A stretch of DNA of 64,000 bases, taken from an uncultured Sulfolobales archaeon. GTDB taxonomy: Archaea > Thermoproteota > Thermoprotei_A > Sulfolobales > NBVN01. The translations under genes were made by a program, and so were the position numbers. Location of the stretch: the NCBI GenBank assembly GCA_938017505.1, contig CALIKV010000010.1:76720-140719 (forward strand). The letters are read 5' to 3'. Positions 9,988-19,650 of the stretch are shown here, one piece after another. The notes beneath the pieces were generated by a model. It saw only the letters and a program-made list of their open reading frames with translations. It was not told the origin of the DNA and made no database searches. Position 1 is the first letter of the stretch. The number at the start of each line of letters is the position of its first letter.

Positions 9988-11079
9988 TCATTCATCAATG
10001 CTTCTCACCCACCTACCCTCCTCCAAGACATCTAGCCTTAAGCCGCGCTCCATGAAGTACTCTCTTAAAGATTTCATCAGCTCCTCAGCACGGATTTCGG
10101 AGGGTATCGTAACACCAGCCGCACCCTTATGTCCCCCGCCAGACCCTCCGAAGTGCCTCGCTAAGTAGGTGGTGAGATCCGAAGCCAGCGGAACCTTAAG
10201 CGCGTTTAACACCCTCTGCGAGGCTCTTACATAGACCCTGGTCTCACCAGATCTTCTGGAGAGGGCCAGAGCAACATCAGCCCCTGAATTGATTAACGAC
10301 TTCATCACAGAGGCTTCGTAGGCCCCCACGCAAGTTATGGCTAATAGGAATTCCTTGTTCAGCTCATAGAGTCCTGCCCGCGAAATGCCTTTGAGAACTG
10401 CAATCACCTCGCTCCTAGAAGTCTCGGTGCTTGACAGTATTGAGTGGGCTTGCTCGTAGCACTCGACACATAGATTAGTGAGGTAGTGAAGTGCTTTAAA
10501 CGTGGTAGGCTTAGCTAATCTCAAGTTCTTCGTGTCGTATAGAATTCCGGAGATCATAAGCGTTACTAACTCATCGTAGGGCTTTACGTTCAGGACTTCC
10601 ATCATCAAAGCGATGATCTCGCTGGTTGAAGCAACCTCCTTGGCGTGAATAGTTATCAACGCGTCGTCGACTAATTCGTTGGTTTCATGATGATCTACGA
10701 CCACATACCTAAGCCCGCTACCTAGTCTGAAACCCGGCACCTGATAGCTGCTTGAAACGTCGACAAATATATGGAGGTCGCATCGCGTAGTTGAGGGGGC
10801 TCCATATGACTCAAGATCTAGCTTCAGGCCCTTAACGACTCTCTTCGCAACTCTGTTAACACCTTCAGGAAGCGCCACATACGCCCGGGTCTCGTGGTGT
10901 TTGGTTTCGATCAGGTATTTAAGAGCTACAGATGACGCAATCCCATCAGGATCCGCGTCCCTGTGAGTTAAAATACAGATTGAGGGATGGGTTCGTATAA
11001 TATTCAGTAGTTCATAAGTTAGGTTCCTGAGCTCCTCCATACCTCCTAAGTAGTTCATCTCTAAGCGACTCCAAAGCAT
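9988..11079 (-). CDS. DHH/DHHA1 phosphoesterase (NrnA-like); true start probably downstream of 11079
   Basis: HRDADPDG, VD, DHH, SGILYDT, GGGHKGAAG. Confidence 0.92.
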   Translation of the reverse strand: MLWSRLEMNYLGGMEELRNLTYELLNIIRTHPSICILTHRDADPDGIASSVALKYLIETKHHETRAYVALPEGVNRVAKRVVKGLKLDLESYGAPSTTRCDLHIFVDVSSSYQVPGFRLGSGLRYVVVDHHETNELVDDALITIHAKEVASTSEIIALMMEVLNVKPYDELVTLMISGILYDTKNLRLAKPTTFKALHYLTNLCVECYEQAHSILSSTETSRSEVIAVLKGISRAGLYELNKEFLLAITCVGAYEASVMKSLINSGADVALALSRRSGETRVYVRASQRVLNALKVPLASDLTTYLARHFGGSGGGHKGAAGVTIPSEIRAEELMKSLREYFMERGLRLDVLEEGRWVRSIDE

Positions 11080-11341
11080 TATCGATTGCCTGGTCTAATA
11101 AGGACTCAAACTCAGGGTTCAGAGGCTCGGGAGACTCTAGCCTTAGGTCAATGACCACCTCAACGTGATCCGACTTCACGCCGACGGATATGACGATTTC
11201 ATAGTCGCTCCTACGCCCTGATAGAAAGCTCAGCGACCTCTTAATCTCCTCTTCTAGGAAGGCAGCGATCTCGCTTAACCCCTGAGGGTCTATCCTGTTG
11301 ATGTCAAGCCCTAACGTCTCCACGTAGCTCCTAGTGTCCAC
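11012..11341 (-). CDS. conserved archaeal hypothetical protein (DUF3194-like) of the exosome superoperon
   Basis: 109-aa ORF overlapping pfdB and the DHH gene; position in operon. Confidence 0.65.
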   Translation of the reverse strand: MDTRSYVETLGLDINRIDPQGLSEIAAFLEEEIKRSLSFLSGRRSDYEIVISVGVKSDHVEVVIDLRLESPEPLNPEFESLLDQAIDNALESLRDELLRRYGGAQEPNL

Positions 11342-11699
11342 CCTTCCCCTCGCCTGGCACTAACCTGTATTTCTCTAACTCCTTCTTCACCGCCTCAAAC
11401 TGCTTCCGTAACGATTCCTCCACCCTCTCGAAGCTCTGAAGTCTTACCTCAAGCTCCTCCTTCTTCTCCTGTAGTTCCTTGAGGGTTACGTCTCTCTCAA
11501 CCCTGACGAAAACGAAGCCCGTGTTCTTATAGACAGTGGTCTCTGGAGCCACGTTCTGAAGGATGTTAAGAGCTCTCTCAACATCCTTTAATTCCGAAGA
11601 AACGACGGATTTCTGAGTTATTATCGAGGCCAACTGAGACTCTATCTGCTGGTATTTAACGACTATCTGCTCAAGCTCTGGCGGTATCCTCTGAGCCAT
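11331..11699 (-). CDS. pfdB: prefoldin beta subunit
   Basis: coiled coil / VYKNTGFVFV beta hairpin / coiled coil; IPPELE N-terminus. Confidence 0.93.
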   Translation of the reverse strand: MAQRIPPELEQIVVKYQQIESQLASIITQKSVVSSELKDVERALNILQNVAPETTVYKNTGFVFVRVERDVTLKELQEKKEELEVRLQSFERVEESLRKQFEAVKKELEKYRLVPGEGKGGH

Positions 11700-11827
11700 A
11701 CTATCGCCTCACATAGTTAGCACCACACACCTTAAAAATTTATTCTATGGCAACAAATCACTAAAGTACTCAGAGAGATCCCCTGCTTTGCCAAGGACAC
11801 GGTAATCGGGAGATTACGATTCAGACC

Positions 11828-12085
11828 TCAAGAGGTGAGTGTTCTGACGGCCTCGATGAGCATGCTAATCAAGCTAAGAGAGTTAATGAGCGGGGGCTTT
11901 AAGGACCCTATTTCATGACCTCTAATCACAAGCCTTACTTCACACCCTCCACACACGGCCTCGAACTCGACGCCCCTTAATCTCAAGTTAACCTCGGGAA
12001 CCAGTGATTTGTAAATCGCTTCACTTAACGGACACTCACTTGCGTCGAACGAAATCTCAACCACTACTTCATGAGGGGTTCTCAA
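11828..12085 (-). CDS. pcc1: KEOPS complex Pcc1-like subunit
   Basis: 85 aa, AIYKSLVPE motif, canonical position between Brix and pfdB. Confidence 0.8.
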   Translation of the reverse strand: MRTPHEVVVEISFDASECPLSEAIYKSLVPEVNLRLRGVEFEAVCGGCEVRLVIRGHEIGSLKPPLINSLSLISMLIEAVRTLTS

Positions 12086-12106
12086 CAGCTAACACCCTCC
12101 ACAGGG

Positions 12107-12667
12107 TTAAACTCCTCCCTCAACCTTCACCACCTTTGATATCGTGAGAAGAGGTCCGCAGGGCCTCCCAGTAAGCACGCAATAGAAAGACACCTTAGCA
12201 CCATCCTCACAGCCAGTGATCACGAGCTCTAAGGAGCCTGCCGGGTCATCCACGCTTGACGTTAACGCGGGCTTGAAGATCTCCGTAATCGCCTCCCCTA
12301 CTTCCTGCGGCAACCCGTGTGGAACCTTACTTGCATCCAGCAATAGTTCTTTAACGCTATAAGGCATCTGCGCACCTCGCGTCTCCCTTAACAGCTTGAC
12401 TGATTTTAGCGTAATTAAGTAGCGCTTCATTAAAGCGTTGTAGCCCTCCGCCGGAACTAAGTACATCAACGTAGATGGGTTACCCTTCATCTCTAAGATT
12501 ATTAGGACGCCTTGAGAGTTATAACGCTTGGTCAGTAAGGCGAGGTCTCTGTAGGTCGCCTTACCCCTGTTGAATTTAATCGCGTTGGGAATCACTATCT
12601 TTAATTCGTTAACTAAACTCCTAGTCCTCCTTGACGGTTCACGTGACGTAGTTATTATGAGATTCAT
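12107..12667 (-). CDS. Brix/Imp4-domain ribosome biogenesis protein
   Basis: ITTSREPSRRTRS, NRGK, KGNP motifs. Confidence 0.9.
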   Translation of the reverse strand: MNLIITTSREPSRRTRSLVNELKIVIPNAIKFNRGKATYRDLALLTKRYNSQGVLIILEMKGNPSTLMYLVPAEGYNALMKRYLITLKSVKLLRETRGAQMPYSVKELLLDASKVPHGLPQEVGEAITEIFKPALTSSVDDPAGSLELVITGCEDGAKVSFYCVLTGRPCGPLLTISKVVKVEGGV

Positions 12668-12682
12668 CCCATCCTCCGCTTA

Positions 12683-12943
12683 CTAGGGGGCTTTAGGACT
12701 CCCTACCTCAGTCCGCGGTGTGTAAGCCCCGCCAGCGAAAATAGTCCCGCACTTAGGACACTGCCAAATCCCGACCGATATCCTCTTCATCGTCACCTTA
12801 GCTTTACAGAAGGGACATACGGTATCAGCGTACCTCCTCTCAGCGATCTCCCTCCATTTCTTCCTTAAAGAGGACCCGTATCTAGCTCCGAACCTGCCTG
12901 CGATACCAGAGACCTTTAACCGACCCATCATCTCTCCCATCAC
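12683..12943 (-). CDS. rpl37ae: 50S ribosomal protein L37Ae (eL43)
   Basis: GRFGARYG, CPFC...GIWQCPKC, AGGAY. Confidence 0.97.
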   Translation of the reverse strand: MMGEMMGRLKVSGIAGRFGARYGSSLRKKWREIAERRYADTVCPFCKAKVTMKRISVGIWQCPKCGTIFAGGAYTPRTEVGSPKAP

Positions 12944-12962
12944 AAAGAGTCTTTAAAGGGTT

Positions 12963-13877
12963 TTAAGCATTGTCACTTGATTCGCTCTCCCGCTGTCCCT
13001 CACCGCACTCAACCCCCTTCACATCCTCCGTGGTTGCCGCCTCACGCCTCCCCAGCAGTTCGTCGACCCTCAGTATCAGCTCAGCCCCCTTCCTCAAGGC
13101 CAAAGACACGGCGTTCTCGATCTCCTGCAGGGTCAAGTATCCGTTGCCTGATTTCTGAAGCCCCGCTATCATTCCATCATCACTAACGCCCACGATGAGC
13201 TTGGAGGTTATAACTCCTTCCTCCTCCAAAGTCGGGTCGATTACCAGCGAGTCGCCTAACTTACCAACGGATACGGTGAGGGCCCTCCTCACTATAGGTA
13301 GTGGTTCTGAAGAGGTCGACCTATCCACGTGAATTAATTCATCCTCCGTTAACGTGTGCTTAGGAACCCTAGCGGTTAGGAGGGCTGCTAGGGTCGCTAT
13401 GGATGACGCGTCAACTAGGTTCCCTCCATGGTCCAACACGTAAATGTCTATCCACACGACCCAGACCTTCCTCCCAGGTACTACAACTAGCTTACTGGTG
13501 TCAATGACGCTGCATTCCCTTAGAACCCTGTCAATAACCCTCGCTAACTCGATAGCGTTCTCGTCAGGCGGCCCGGGTTCGAACGCCGGTGACGCCGTCG
13601 GCACAAACTCGGCAGAGACAACTAACACCCCCTCATCCGGAGCGTCTGGATATGGGGACCCCAACTCAAGCTTAACCCCAACTAACACCTGCGTATCGCC
13701 GAGCTTCACTAGCGCCGAGCCCTCAGCCTTAGGGAGATACTCTGTAGCTATCTTTAACTCCCTGAACTCCTCCAATCCCCTCCCGTCAGCCCTAACCCCC
13801 TTCTTCGCGAGGGAGGAGAGAGTGTCTGCCTTAAGCCTTGATATTATGACCTCAGGCGAGGTCGGCGTCACTGACAT
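12963..13877 (-). CDS. rrp42: exosome subunit Rrp42
   Basis: RADGR, AEGSALVKLG, FEPGPPDENAIELARVIDR, GGNLVDA. Confidence 0.96.
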   Translation of the reverse strand: MSVTPTSPEVIISRLKADTLSSLAKKGVRADGRGLEEFRELKIATEYLPKAEGSALVKLGDTQVLVGVKLELGSPYPDAPDEGVLVVSAEFVPTASPAFEPGPPDENAIELARVIDRVLRECSVIDTSKLVVVPGRKVWVVWIDIYVLDHGGNLVDASSIATLAALLTARVPKHTLTEDELIHVDRSTSSEPLPIVRRALTVSVGKLGDSLVIDPTLEEEGVITSKLIVGVSDDGMIAGLQKSGNGYLTLQEIENAVSLALRKGAELILRVDELLGRREAATTEDVKGVECGEGQRESESSDNA

Positions 13878-13878
13878 G

Positions 13879-14607
13879 TCACTCCACCTTCACCAAGTAC
13901 TTATTACGTAAGGTTTCCTTCTGAAGCCTATATATTTCACCTATACCCTTAAGAGCCAGTTTAAAAGCCTCACTGAATTCACTAGACGATAACACCCCGT
14001 TCAGCTGAAGTAAAGTAACTGCGTTAAGCGACGGAGCCACGGCAACAGGCATGTCAGCCTCCCCGTAGTTGTCCTCAACCTGGTCTACGTCCAGGATTAA
14101 GTGACCCTCAACCTTACCCACCGCGACAGCTGCCACTAAGTCCCTCATAGGTATTCCCGCGTCGGCCAGTGCTAGGGACGCAGCGTTAAGTGCTGCCGTT
14201 CTAGTTCCACCGTCAGCGCTAATGACCTCTATGAATATATCTATAGAGGTTCTAGGGAACAACTCACTTAGAATCACAGGCTCTAAAGCCTCTCTTGCGA
14301 CCTTAGATAACTCTATCTCCCTTCTGGACGGTGCTGGATTCTTCCTCTCATCCGTGGAGAAGGGCGCCATGTGGTACCTGCACCTAAGCACAGCTCTGTG
14401 AGGTAGTACCATGTACTTCTGCGGGGGCTCCCTAGGCCCGTACACGGCGGCTATAACTCTCGTCTTGCCGAACTCAACATACGCGGAGCCGCTTGCGTTA
14501 GTGAGGATGCCTACCTCCATCTTCACAGGCCTTAACTCATCAATCCTCCTCCCGTCATGACGCAATCCGTTCTCGCCTATGAGTTTAGGTCTCTCGCTCT
14601 CCAACAC
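13879..14607 (-). CDS. rrp41: exosome catalytic subunit Rrp41
   Basis: [34 protein letters not shown]. Confidence 0.97.
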   Translation of the reverse strand: MLESERPKLIGENGLRHDGRRIDELRPVKMEVGILTNASGSAYVEFGKTRVIAAVYGPREPPQKYMVLPHRAVLRCRYHMAPFSTDERKNPAPSRREIELSKVAREALEPVILSELFPRTSIDIFIEVISADGGTRTAALNAASLALADAGIPMRDLVAAVAVGKVEGHLILDVDQVEDNYGEADMPVAVAPSLNAVTLLQLNGVLSSSEFSEAFKLALKGIGEIYRLQKETLRNKYLVKVE

Positions 14608-15328
14608 CTATTAAACCCCTCTTAACCTTCTCTAAAGTAATAAATTCTTTCACGCGATCCGTCAGGCCGGATACGTGGGCCTCAACCTCGATCTTTCTGA
14701 TGGCCCTCACCGCTATGTCTTCGTACTGCTTATTCTCACACCTAACAAGCACCCTCCCGTTATTGCCGATCACCAACTTGCACCTGGTTTCCACCTCTAT
14801 CATGGACTGCATAGACCCCTTCTTACCTACGAGTCTCGGGATCTTGACCGGACTTACCTCCACTAGAGCCCCCTCAGTAACCTTCCCGAGCTCCTTACCC
14901 TTAGTGGATATTACTGGATCCCGCGACCTGTCAAAGTGCTCTACCTTGCCTATCACCACATCGCCGACGTCTAAGAAGTCCTTCAAGTTGTCTTTAGCCG
15001 GATTAACCGGTCTGCCTAGGAAGTCGACTGCGTGAAGGACTCCCGGGAAGGGCGCCTTAATGTTTAGCTCCCAGCTAGTGAGTCCGACGTCGCTAACTAT
15101 CCCTATAATCACGTCACCCACCCTAGGGTAATAGAAACCCTCAAGCGGTATGACCTTCAAGCTCTTTTCCTGAGTGTTCAGCTCAAGCAGTCCGACGACC
15201 GATGAGTAGTACGACGTGCCAACCCTGTAGACCGTCGTCGGTGTCAGCACCCTGAATTCGCCCTCGACCAGTCTATCGCCAGGCGTCACGAGGGTTCTCT
15301 CAACCTTCTGCTCGGAAGAACCGCTCAT
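14585..15328 (-). CDS. rrp4: exosome RNA-binding subunit Rrp4
   Basis: [12 protein letters not shown]1 domain and KH motif [20 protein letters not shown]. Confidence 0.95.
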   Translation of the reverse strand: MSGSSEQKVERTLVTPGDRLVEGEFRVLTPTTVYRVGTSYYSSVVGLLELNTQEKSLKVIPLEGFYYPRVGDVIIGIVSDVGLTSWELNIKAPFPGVLHAVDFLGRPVNPAKDNLKDFLDVGDVVIGKVEHFDRSRDPVISTKGKELGKVTEGALVEVSPVKIPRLVGKKGSMQSMIEVETRCKLVIGNNGRVLVRCENKQYEDIAVRAIRKIEVEAHVSGLTDRVKEFITLEKVKRGLIGVGERET

Positions 15329-15329
15329 A

Positions 15330-16025
15330 CTACACCACCTTAACGCTTAATTCCACGTCACCCTTGGTGAGCCTATTAATGGAGTCTATGACCTCATTCT
15401 GCATGCCTGCAGGTATCTCTAACTCAACATAGAGTGAGCCATCACTCAACCACTTCTCATTTCTAACCTCGCCTAACCTCCTCAGCTCGCTGTGCGTCCT
15501 ACCTGCTATGCTGGGCGATACCTTAATGGTTATCAGCGCTCTAGCCACCTTGATGGGCAGGATCCTCGTTAATTCCTTGATTATTTTTGAAGCCTGCTCC
15601 TCCACAGTCCTGTACAGGTCTACTGTCGCCTTAGCCTCCTCCATGGCTTTCTCAATACGTTGAGGAGGGATAGGTGTTTTGGTCTTGGGATCCACTGCAG
15701 ACCTAGCTATGTAGTTAACTATCAGCCTCCTCTTTTGCTCTATCAGCCTCCTCCTCTGCTCGGTAGTCAGCTGGAGTTCCCCCTTCTTGAGTATGGTGGC
15801 GGCTATCGATTTCACGTCAGTAACTCCGAAGACCTTAACTAGCTCCTGTGGTGAGGCTTTATCCCCTTTCTTGACGTCCTTATATATGATGTCGCCGACG
15901 AGAACCTCTGACACGTCCTTCACTTCACCCTCCCTGTACCTGAGGGCTTTATCAGGGTCCACTAGTATCTCGAACCTATCGCCGCCTTTCTCAAATCGAG
16001 CTATCACGTACTCCCTACTACTCAC
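15330..16025 (-). CDS. ribosome maturation protein SBDS/Sdo1
   Basis: RFEILVDP, GELQLTTEQRR, DPKTKTPIPP.RIE.A. Confidence 0.96.
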   Translation of the reverse strand: MSSREYVIARFEKGGDRFEILVDPDKALRYREGEVKDVSEVLVGDIIYKDVKKGDKASPQELVKVFGVTDVKSIAATILKKGELQLTTEQRRRLIEQKRRLIVNYIARSAVDPKTKTPIPPQRIEKAMEEAKATVDLYRTVEEQASKIIKELTRILPIKVARALITIKVSPSIAGRTHSELRRLGEVRNEKWLSDGSLYVELEIPAGMQNEVIDSINRLTKGDVELSVKVV

Positions 16026-16759
16026 TTACCTACACCTGATTCCATGACGTAACCGGCAGTCTCTTCATAGCTAAGCTTCCTGAAGACGCCTTCCTCCAGC
16101 GTTACGACGCCTATCTCAATCAGCTCAGGCGCTAGTCCCTCCTCCGTCGCGGCTCTAAGCGCTTTCAGGGCCAGTTCTATGGTGTCCTTCTTGCTTATGT
16201 CCTTCCTGTAATTCTTTTCGAGATATTCCATAGCCGGTTGCTCGCCTGAACCGACTGCCAGAGCTAAATACGCGAAGTAATACCCGTTTATCTCCGTCTT
16301 GTAGACGTGAATCCCTCTCCTATCCTTACCTAGGAAAATCAGCGAAACCCCGAAGGGCCTCACACCAGCGTGTTGCGTGTATAGTTGCTTAACGTCACAC
16401 ACGGACTTAACAACGTACTCCACGTCAGCTGGTTCATCGTATACGAACCTATAGTTGAGCGCTTCCCTCCTCGCATAGTCTATGAGGATCCTCCCGTCCG
16501 CGGCGAGGCCTGCGAACGAAGCCCCCATGTGTGAGTCGACCATGAATATCTTAGCTATCGAATTCATGTCTATCAGCGATGAAATCCTCCTTTTCTCAGC
16601 AACTAGGACGCCGACGTTATCGGTCTTGAGAGCCACTGTAGTCCATCCCTTCCTAACGTTTTCTGCGGCGTACTCGACCTGGTAAAGCTTACCGTCTGGG
16701 GAAAACACCGTTATCGCTCTATCGTAGCCGAGGGCCGGTGGTCCGAAAGCCATCTTCAA
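16022..16759 (-). CDS. psmA: proteasome subunit alpha
   Basis: GYDRAITVFSPDGKLYQVEYA signature, RPFGVS. Confidence 0.97.
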   Translation of the reverse strand: MKMAFGPPALGYDRAITVFSPDGKLYQVEYAAENVRKGWTTVALKTDNVGVLVAEKRRISSLIDMNSIAKIFMVDSHMGASFAGLAADGRILIDYARREALNYRFVYDEPADVEYVVKSVCDVKQLYTQHAGVRPFGVSLIFLGKDRRGIHVYKTEINGYYFAYLALAVGSGEQPAMEYLEKNYRKDISKKDTIELALKALRAATEEGLAPELIEIGVVTLEEGVFRKLSYEETAGYVMESGVGK

Positions 16760-16766
16760 TCCCTTA

Positions 16767-17840
16767 GTGAGTAAGGACGTTAAGGAATATAAACTTATGT
16801 TTGCCCTAGAGTCTTTTGATCTAGGGGTTTACACGGTGGGTAGTTGGGTGGATAGGCTGCGTGAATCTACGGTGATCGTAATGGGCGCTGGAGGGGGCGG
16901 TGACGTTGTTACCGCCTACACCTTCTGCAAGGTGCTTGAGGACGTTGTAGGAACTCGCGTGTGCGTGCCCTTAGGGGTTCTCTGGGAGAGGTGGGTCACC
17001 GATCCGTATCCAGGACCCGTTCCTAAAGGCAGTATTAAAAACGCGGAGCTCCGTGAGTGCGTGTGGGTTAATGAGAGGACCTACGTCACGCGGGGCAAGC
17101 ACTCGTTTAAACCCCACGTCACGTACGTCGCTGAAGTCCTCGGCAGGGAAGTCCCCGCAACCACCTTAGAGCACGGCGTTGAGGGGGCTTACAAGTGCTT
17201 TAAAGAGTTGGAGGATCTGTACGGCGAGGCACTTTTATTAGATCTCGACGTGGGCGGCGATATACTTGCAGAGGGCTGGGAGGAGAACCTGTGGTCGCCG
17301 TTAGCGGATTCAATCACTCTAGCAGCCACGGCCAGGGTTAACGGGCTTGTGGGCGTGGCAGCACCTGGGGCTGACGGTGAGTTACCACAGAGCCTGGTCA
17401 TGCAGAGGATCAGCGACGTGCTCAGCATGGATGGCTACGTAGGCGTCCTAGGTTTCTGGGAGCATCACAGGGCCTTCTACGAGGGTTTAATAGACCGGGT
17501 TAAGACTGAAGCCAGTAGGACCCCCTACCTAGCTCTCAAGGGCGAGGTAGGAGTCAAGGGAATCAGAGGCGGTAGTAGGGTGGTAGAAGTAAACGCAACC
17601 ACACTTACGGTGTTCCTGTTGAGGAGCGAGCAAGTCCTCAGAATCAATAAACTAGCCCAGAGAATAGGACACACGAGATCCCTTGCTGAGGCTTGGATTG
17701 AAGCCAGGAAGCTCGGCATACCAACCGAACTAGACCTTGAAGTGATTGCGTCCAAGAAGTATGGCGTGGGGCCGGAGGCAAGTCCTGACTGGAACAGAGT
17801 GAGGTCAGTGCTTAAGAACCAACACTTAAAAACCTCATAA
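16767..17840 (+). CDS. DUF1152-family protein (start probably near 16833-16836)
   Basis: GGGGDV, WERWV.DP.PGP, DVGGDILA.G.E..L.SPLAD, GADGEL. Confidence 0.8.
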   Translation: MSKDVKEYKLMFALESFDLGVYTVGSWVDRLRESTVIVMGAGGGGDVVTAYTFCKVLEDVVGTRVCVPLGVLWERWVTDPYPGPVPKGSIKNAELRECVWVNERTYVTRGKHSFKPHVTYVAEVLGREVPATTLEHGVEGAYKCFKELEDLYGEALLLDLDVGGDILAEGWEENLWSPLADSITLAATARVNGLVGVAAPGADGELPQSLVMQRISDVLSMDGYVGVLGFWEHHRAFYEGLIDRVKTEASRTPYLALKGEVGVKGIRGGSRVVEVNATTLTVFLLRSEQVLRINKLAQRIGHTRSLAEAWIEARKLGIPTELDLEVIASKKYGVGPEASPDWNRVRSVLKNQHLKTS

Positions 17841-17864
17841 TAATAAGGAATGGGGGGATGAAAT

Positions 17865-18089
17865 AGCGGGGTGGGGTAGCCAGGTTAGCCCGCGGGGCTC
17901 ATAATGCCCCGGTAGACCCTTAAGTCCCCCCGCCATTCAACGCGTGAAAAACCACGCGCAAAGCGCATCACTGAAGAATGGAAGGTGAGAAAATATTTAT
18001 AAGCGCTATCCTATTAATTAGATACGAGGGTCTACCGGGAGCGATGAGGGACCCCGAGGTCGGTGGTTCAAATCCACCCCCCGCTACCA
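17865..18089 (+). tRNA. initiator tRNA-Met(CAT): 5' exon 17865-17903, 3' exon 18051-18089, separated by a 147-nt intervening sequence (BHB at 37/38; possibly a split gene)
   Basis: A1-U72 acceptor AGCGGGG/CCCCGCT, CGGGG/CCCCG anticodon stem, CAT at 17900-17902, GGTTCAAATCC T-arm, encoded CCA; BHB central helix CTCA/TGAG with 3-nt bulges. Confidence 0.95.
17987..18003 (+). promoter_or_regulatory. BRE/TATA promoter inside the tRNA-iMet intervening sequence
   Basis: GAGAAAATA-TTTATAAG; TATA begins 30 nt upstream of G18026, the start of the 3'-half leader. Confidence 0.7.
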
Positions 18090-18167
18090 CTTCCTCAGGC
18101 CACGCGTTAGTCTAGGATACGTCAGTCTAATATTTAGCGCTCTAACAATTATTCTGGGGGTATTTGT

Positions 18168-19016
18168 TTGGGGCTTGAGAATCTATTCGTAGGCCCTGCG
18201 GGAATTCCGTTAAGCGCTAAGGGGATGGGGGTTATCGACGGTGTTAAGAAAGTTAGGGAGCTTGGCTTAAGCGCTATGGAGATTGAGTTTGTGAGAGGCA
18301 TTTGGCTTAAGCCTACCGAGACCTCGTCGCTGAGGAACACTGCACGTGATGTCAGCGTTATTTTAACGGTCCACGCACCTTACTACATCAACTTACTCTC
18401 CAAGGAGGAGAGCACCCTTAATGCCTCTATTAAGCGGATTACTGACTCAGCAAGGCTTGGCTACTTGGCTGGCGCTTGGTCCGTCGTCTTCCACTCAGGC
18501 TATTACGGTAAGTTAAGCTCTGAGAAAGCTGTTGACGTCGTTAAGAACGTTCTAAGGAGGGTGATTGGCGAGCTAATGAATGAGGGTGTAAGGATATGGG
18601 TCAGACCTGAGACGATGGGTGGGTTAGCCGAGTTCGGATCCCTTGAGGAGGTAGTCTCGGTTGTAGAGGGTGTTGAGATGGCGAATGTAGCTCTTGACTT
18701 CGCCCATCTCTACGCTAGGAGCAGAGGCGCTTTTAACAGGCTGAGAGACTTCACCGGGGCATTAGAACTCATAGAGTCTAGGCTGGGTAGTGAAGCGCTG
18801 AAGGAGATGCACATACACCTCTCAGGCATAGAGTACGGTGACAGAGGCGAGAGAAGGCACGTAGACTTCGAGGACTCTACTTTTAATTGGGTTGATGTCC
18901 TTCAGGCACTTAAGGATTACGACGTTAAGGGAGTAATTATATGTGAGTCACCCAGCCTGGAAAGTGATGCCCTATTGATACAGAGGGAGCTAAGTAGTAG
19001 GTTCAGCCGCACTTGA
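18168..19016 (+). CDS. nfo: endonuclease IV (AP endonuclease family 2)
   Basis: GPAG, HAPYYINL, VFHSG, RPETMG, DFAH, HIHLSG...H, ICESP. Confidence 0.92.
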   Translation: MGLENLFVGPAGIPLSAKGMGVIDGVKKVRELGLSAMEIEFVRGIWLKPTETSSLRNTARDVSVILTVHAPYYINLLSKEESTLNASIKRITDSARLGYLAGAWSVVFHSGYYGKLSSEKAVDVVKNVLRRVIGELMNEGVRIWVRPETMGGLAEFGSLEEVVSVVEGVEMANVALDFAHLYARSRGAFNRLRDFTGALELIESRLGSEALKEMHIHLSGIEYGDRGERRHVDFEDSTFNWVDVLQALKDYDVKGVIICESPSLESDALLIQRELSSRFSRT

Positions 19017-19173
19017 ATCTTGAGTCACTTGGTTGGCAGATCTTGAACTTCTCCATAGCCACGCAGATTTGATCAATGGGTATGAAGGCAGTAGCTCCCG
19101 ACTTAAGCTTTATGAACACGGACTTACCGATGACTCTAAGCTCGGCCTCCTCACAGACTGAGATAGCCCACAC
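19003..19173 (-). CDS. small 56-aa protein with four Cys (missed by the ORF track)
   Basis: GTG start: MWAISVCEEAELRVIGKSVFIKLKSGATAFIPIDQICVAMEKFKICQPSDSRFKCG; TTAATAA about 30 nt upstream. Confidence 0.55.
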   Translation of the reverse strand: MWAISVCEEAELRVIGKSVFIKLKSGATAFIPIDQICVAMEKFKICQPSDSRFKCG

Positions 19174-19463
19174 CCATTAACAAACGCTTGCAAGGTTATT
19201 AATTACTGTCGAGCTTCCCACGTGAAGAGACCGCATGCGGTCTTACGTGTCTTGGCTAAAGCCCCCTACGTAGGCATTCAATGAAGATCCCTTTACAGAG
19301 TACATCTTAAGCCGTGAGGGATTGGCGTCGCCGAGGCATGTAAGGCTCTGGAAGTCTCGAAACCAACTCTCCTCAGGAGTATTCAAGGCGGGAAGGACGA
19401 AGGACTCCGCTTGATCAGATACGTAGCGCTCAAGGTATAAAAATAGAGGCGTGAGGAGTTAGT

Positions 19464-19646
19464 ATGCCGAGGGAAAGGCACGTGGACGTTACCCCTTTCG
19501 CGAGAATAGCGATATTTATCGATGGCTGGAACCTCGCCAGAACTACCAGAGATCGCTTGTGAAAGGAGATAGACTTTCGAAAGCTTCTTGACTATTTCTC
19601 AAGAAATGCCTTCTACATCAGAAATTGTTTGGAGTTTCGGAGGTAA
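19464..19646 (+). pseudogene. NYN/LabA (PIN-like) nuclease N-terminal remnant
   Basis: RIAIFIDGWNL...IDFRKLLDYF with in-frame TGA and truncation; GAGGAG SD. Confidence 0.7.
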
Positions 19647-19650
19647 TAGA

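Noticed and set aside
19370..19410. IS200/IS605 right-end-like sequence (TTCAAGGCGGGAAGGA)
   Set aside because: Too short and degenerate; no tnpA/tnpB remnant recognised
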